A DNA stretch of 32,000 nucleotides from Xanthomonas campestris pv. campestris str. ATCC 33913 (GTDB lineage Bacteria; Pseudomonadota; Gammaproteobacteria; Xanthomonadales; Xanthomonadaceae), in assembly GCF_000007145.1 (NCBI RefSeq), contig NC_003902.1, forward strand, positions 2,516,497 through 2,548,496. Direction: 5' to 3'. Each line of letters opens with the position of its first letter. Positions within the stretch are counted from its first letter, which is position 1. A model generated the notes under the pieces. The model saw nothing but the letters and a program-made list of their open reading frames with translations. It had not been told where the DNA came from and searched no databases. This document shows, piece after piece, positions 29,924 to 32,000 of this stretch. Position numbers and translations under genes: made by a program.

Positions 29924-30396
29924 GACCACCACGGCCACCACCCGTGGCCGTGTATTGCGTAGGCATCTGCGGCGCGCTCAAGCGGGTTGCGCACGTGGAT
30001 GCCGCCGCACAGCAGGTACACCGGAAGAAATAGCGGGCCGAGCAGCATGTATTGATACACGTGCGCGCGCTCGTGATCGCCGAGCCGCACCGCCGGGTGC
30101 ACGCAGCGACCGGCGGCATGCGCATAAGTGGCGCATTGCAACTCCAACGATGCGCCCTTCAACAAGATGACATTGCCCAACGTCATCGCCCCGCCCGGCC
30201 CCCATGGCCAGGCATGGAAGACCACTGCGCGCTCAGTGGCTGACCAGCGCGGCCGCGCGCCAAAACAGGCGCCCAACGTACCGATCGCCAGCCCGATCAG
30301 CGTGTTCGGCAACGTCCACAGCGCACCCAGTACCTGCAGCGCGCCCAGCCAGCGCGGGACGCGGCTCAGTCGGCCTGATTCGGGATCAGCAGCCAC
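29881..30396 (-). CDS. hypothetical membrane protein with HExxH motif (171 aa)
   Basis: GTG start at 30396. Hydrophobic segments WLGALQVLGALWTLPNTLIGLAIGTLGACFG and YMLLGPLFLPVYLLCGGI. HERAH motif at nt 30061-30075 within GGAMTLGNVILL...RLGDHERAHVYQY. High GC3. It overlaps the pspC-like 3' end by 31 nt and the convergent oxidoreductase 3' end by 43 nt. Confidence 0.65.
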   Translation of the reverse strand: MAADPESGRLSRVPRWLGALQVLGALWTLPNTLIGLAIGTLGACFGARPRWSATERAVVFHAWPWGPGGAMTLGNVILLKGASLELQCATYAHAAGRCVHPAVRLGDHERAHVYQYMLLGPLFLPVYLLCGGIHVRNPLERAADAYAIHGHGWWPWWSQPSREKPNKSDNG

Positions 30397-30566
30397 AGGA
30401 TCAGGTAGACCAGGATGCCGGGAAATGCAGCCGAAGCGATCGACACGATCACGAACAGGATGCGCAGCAGGGTCGAGCTCCAGCCGAAGCGGCGCGCGAT
30501 GCCGCCGACGACGCCGGCAATCATGCGGTCGTTGAGGGAACGGGACAGTGCAGTGGTGGTGGACAT
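30366..30566 (-). CDS. PspC-domain membrane protein (66 aa)
   Basis: MSTTTALSRSLNDRMIAGVVGGIARRFGWSSTLLRILFVIVSIASAAFPGILVYLILWLLIP matches the PspC pattern (R...D..IAGV.GG.A..FG....L.R..FV......G...Y..LW...P). SD AGGAGG lies 7 nt upstream. Confidence 0.85.
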   Translation of the reverse strand: MSTTTALSRSLNDRMIAGVVGGIARRFGWSSTLLRILFVIVSIASAAFPGILVYLILWLLIPNQAD

Positions 30567-30668
30567 GAGCAGCCTCCTGGAATGTATCTCACAGTGTAGG
30601 CAGGCCAGCTACAGCGGATCGTGACGGCACGCGTGCGTGACGCACGCCCACCCCGTTGCATCACTGCG

Positions 30669-31745
30669 TCAACCGTTGCCGCCACGCGCCTGCAGCCAGC
30701 GATGGATCGCCACGGGCACCTCGCGCTGTGCACGGCCCGAGACGTAGATGCCGATGTGCCCACCGCGAAAGCTCAGCTCGGTGTAGTCCTCGCTGCCCAC
30801 CAACCCACGCAGGGCGCGCGAGGCATCGGGCGGCACCAGGTGATCGTGCTCGGCATAGATGTTGAGCACCGGCATGTCGACAGCGTGCAGATCCACCGCC
30901 TGCCCGCCGATACGCACATCGCCGGTGACCAGGCCGTTGCGCTGGTAGAACTGGGTGACGAATTCGCGGAACGCTTCGCCGGCCAGGTCGGGCGAATCGA
31001 AGATCCATTTTTCCATGCGCAGGAAGTCCTCCAGCGCCTGCTTGTCATCGAGGATGTCGAGCAGCCCCACGTATTTTTGCAGGTTGAGCCGGAACGGCTT
31101 GAGCATCAGGTAACTGGCATTCATCAGATCCGCAGGCACATTGCCCATGGTGTCGACGAACAGATCCACATCGACCATGCGCGCCCAGTTGGAGAGCATG
31201 TTGTCGGGGGTGTGGAAATCCACCGGCGTGACCATGGTGATGAGATTGCGGATCTTGGCGCGCTCCAGCGCGGCATAGCAGAGCGCAAACGTGCCGCCCT
31301 GGCAGATGCCGAGCACGTCCACCGCCTCCAGACCCGACGCCGCACGCAGATGGTCCACCGCGCCATCGATGTAGCGCAGTAGATAGTCTTCCAGCGTGAG
31401 ATAGCGTTCGGAGCGGTCCGGATACCCCCAATCCAGTACGTAGACGTCCTGGCCGTGACCGAGCAGGCCCTTGACCAGCGAACGATCGGCCTGCAGGTCC
31501 ACCATGTACGGCCGGTTGACCAGCGCATAGACGATCAGCAACGGCGTACGCGCCACCGGCGCGGCATCGCCGACGAACCGGTACAGCACCACCTTGCCGT
31601 CGCGCCAGACTTCCTGCCGTTCGGTGACGCCGTAATCCACGTCCTCCACGCCGGGCAGCAGCTTGAGCCCTTCGCGCAGCTTGCGCTGCATCGACAAGGT
31701 CTCCTGCATCAGGTCCTCGGCACTGAATCCCAACGGGCCCTTCAT
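30669..31745 (-). CDS. phaC: class III poly(R)-hydroxyalkanoate synthase catalytic subunit PhaC (358 aa)
   Basis: About 40-kDa alpha/beta hydrolase with lipase-like box GICQGG (catalytic Cys148, codon 31302-31304). Length and layout are typical of class III PhaC. SD GGAGG is upstream, and its start overlaps the upstream gene's stop (ATGA). Confidence 0.9.
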   Translation of the reverse strand: MKGPLGFSAEDLMQETLSMQRKLREGLKLLPGVEDVDYGVTERQEVWRDGKVVLYRFVGDAAPVARTPLLIVYALVNRPYMVDLQADRSLVKGLLGHGQDVYVLDWGYPDRSERYLTLEDYLLRYIDGAVDHLRAASGLEAVDVLGICQGGTFALCYAALERAKIRNLITMVTPVDFHTPDNMLSNWARMVDVDLFVDTMGNVPADLMNASYLMLKPFRLNLQKYVGLLDILDDKQALEDFLRMEKWIFDSPDLAGEAFREFVTQFYQRNGLVTGDVRIGGQAVDLHAVDMPVLNIYAEHDHLVPPDASRALRGLVGSEDYTELSFRGGHIGIYVSGRAQREVPVAIHRWLQARGGNG

Positions 31746-32000
31746 GGCTTGCCTCCGCTCGGTGCGCGCGCCGGCGACTTGGAAGTCTTGGTCGCCTTCT
31801 TTGCAGCCGGTCGCGTGTTGGATGCTTTCGGTCTGGATGTCTCTGGCGCAGCTGCTGTCTGGCGCGTGGCGCGCTTGGCTGGCGCGGCCTCAGGCGGGGT
31901 TGTTGGCTGGGCAGCCGCACGTGGCGGTGCGCTGGCAGCGGCGACTGGCGCCGGGCCCGCATCAGGCTTGGGCGCGGACGCCGCAGCCGGCTTGGCTTGC
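31742..32000 (-). CDS. phaE: C-terminal end of the gene upstream of phaC, probably PHA synthase subunit PhaE (partial, continues beyond window end)
   Basis: Open minus-strand frame from the window edge to TGA at 31742-31744: ...QAKPAAASAPKPDAGPAPVAAASAPPRAAAQPTTPPEAAPAKRATRQTAAAPETSRPKASNTRPAAKKATKTSKSPARAPSGGKP. The identity is inferred only from its position, 4-bp coupled to a class III phaC. Confidence 0.55.
   Translation of the reverse strand, partial: QAKPAAASAPKPDAGPAPVAAASAPPRAAAQPTTPPEAAPAKRATRQTAAAPETSRPKASNTRPAAKKATKTSKSPARAPSGGKP

Noticed and set aside
31045-31962. 305-aa Arg-rich minus-strand ORF overlapping phaC out of frame
   Set aside because: It is out of frame with the clearly identifiable phaC and is extremely Arg/Pro/Gly-rich. 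Only its extreme 5' region lies near the separate, differently framed phaE tail.

Overview
High-GC (about 65%) gammaproteobacterial chromosome segment. Gene content and protein sequences look Xanthomonas-like (Xanthomonadaceae); this is inferred from recognised families, not from a search. It is almost entirely core housekeeping. In order: (1) the start of the succinate dehydrogenase operon on the minus strand (a DUF1674/SDHAF4-like small gene, sdhC, sdhD, first codons of sdhA), divergent from ygfZ; (2) an orphan MalK/UgpC-type ABC ATPase divergent from a complete Entner-Doudoroff/glucose cluster zwf-glk-pgl-edd-eda; (3) a 1.3-kb ORF-free convergent intergenic region filled with four kinds of repeats; (4) a MFP-RND-RND (MdtABC-like) efflux operon; (5) two monoheme cytochrome c genes; (6) a duplicated tRNA-Ala(GGC)-tRNA-Glu(UUC) unit, a small acidic ORF and tRNA-Leu(CAA); (7) a stand-alone receiver protein and a 1146-aa soluble PAS/GAF hybrid histidine kinase; (8) tex; (9) a 75-aa unknown ORF divergent from a DAO-family FAD oxidoreductase; (10) a minus-strand run phaE(partial)-phaC(class III)-pspC-like-HExxH membrane protein. 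I see no hallmark of a mobile element, CRISPR array, prophage, defence island, secretion system or toxin-antitoxin pair, and cannot honestly name a clear novel multi-gene system. The least explained items are the tandem 264-270 bp structured repeat (10081-10860), the nested inverted-repeat element (9812-9905), the HExxH membrane protein overlapping both neighbours (29881-30396), two unannotatable small ORFs (21219-21395, 28292-28519), the insertions in the first RND permease, and the ORF-poor spacer in the duplicated tRNA locus. Many long ORFs in the supplied track are antisense or out-of-frame shadow ORFs typical of high-GC DNA and were rejected.
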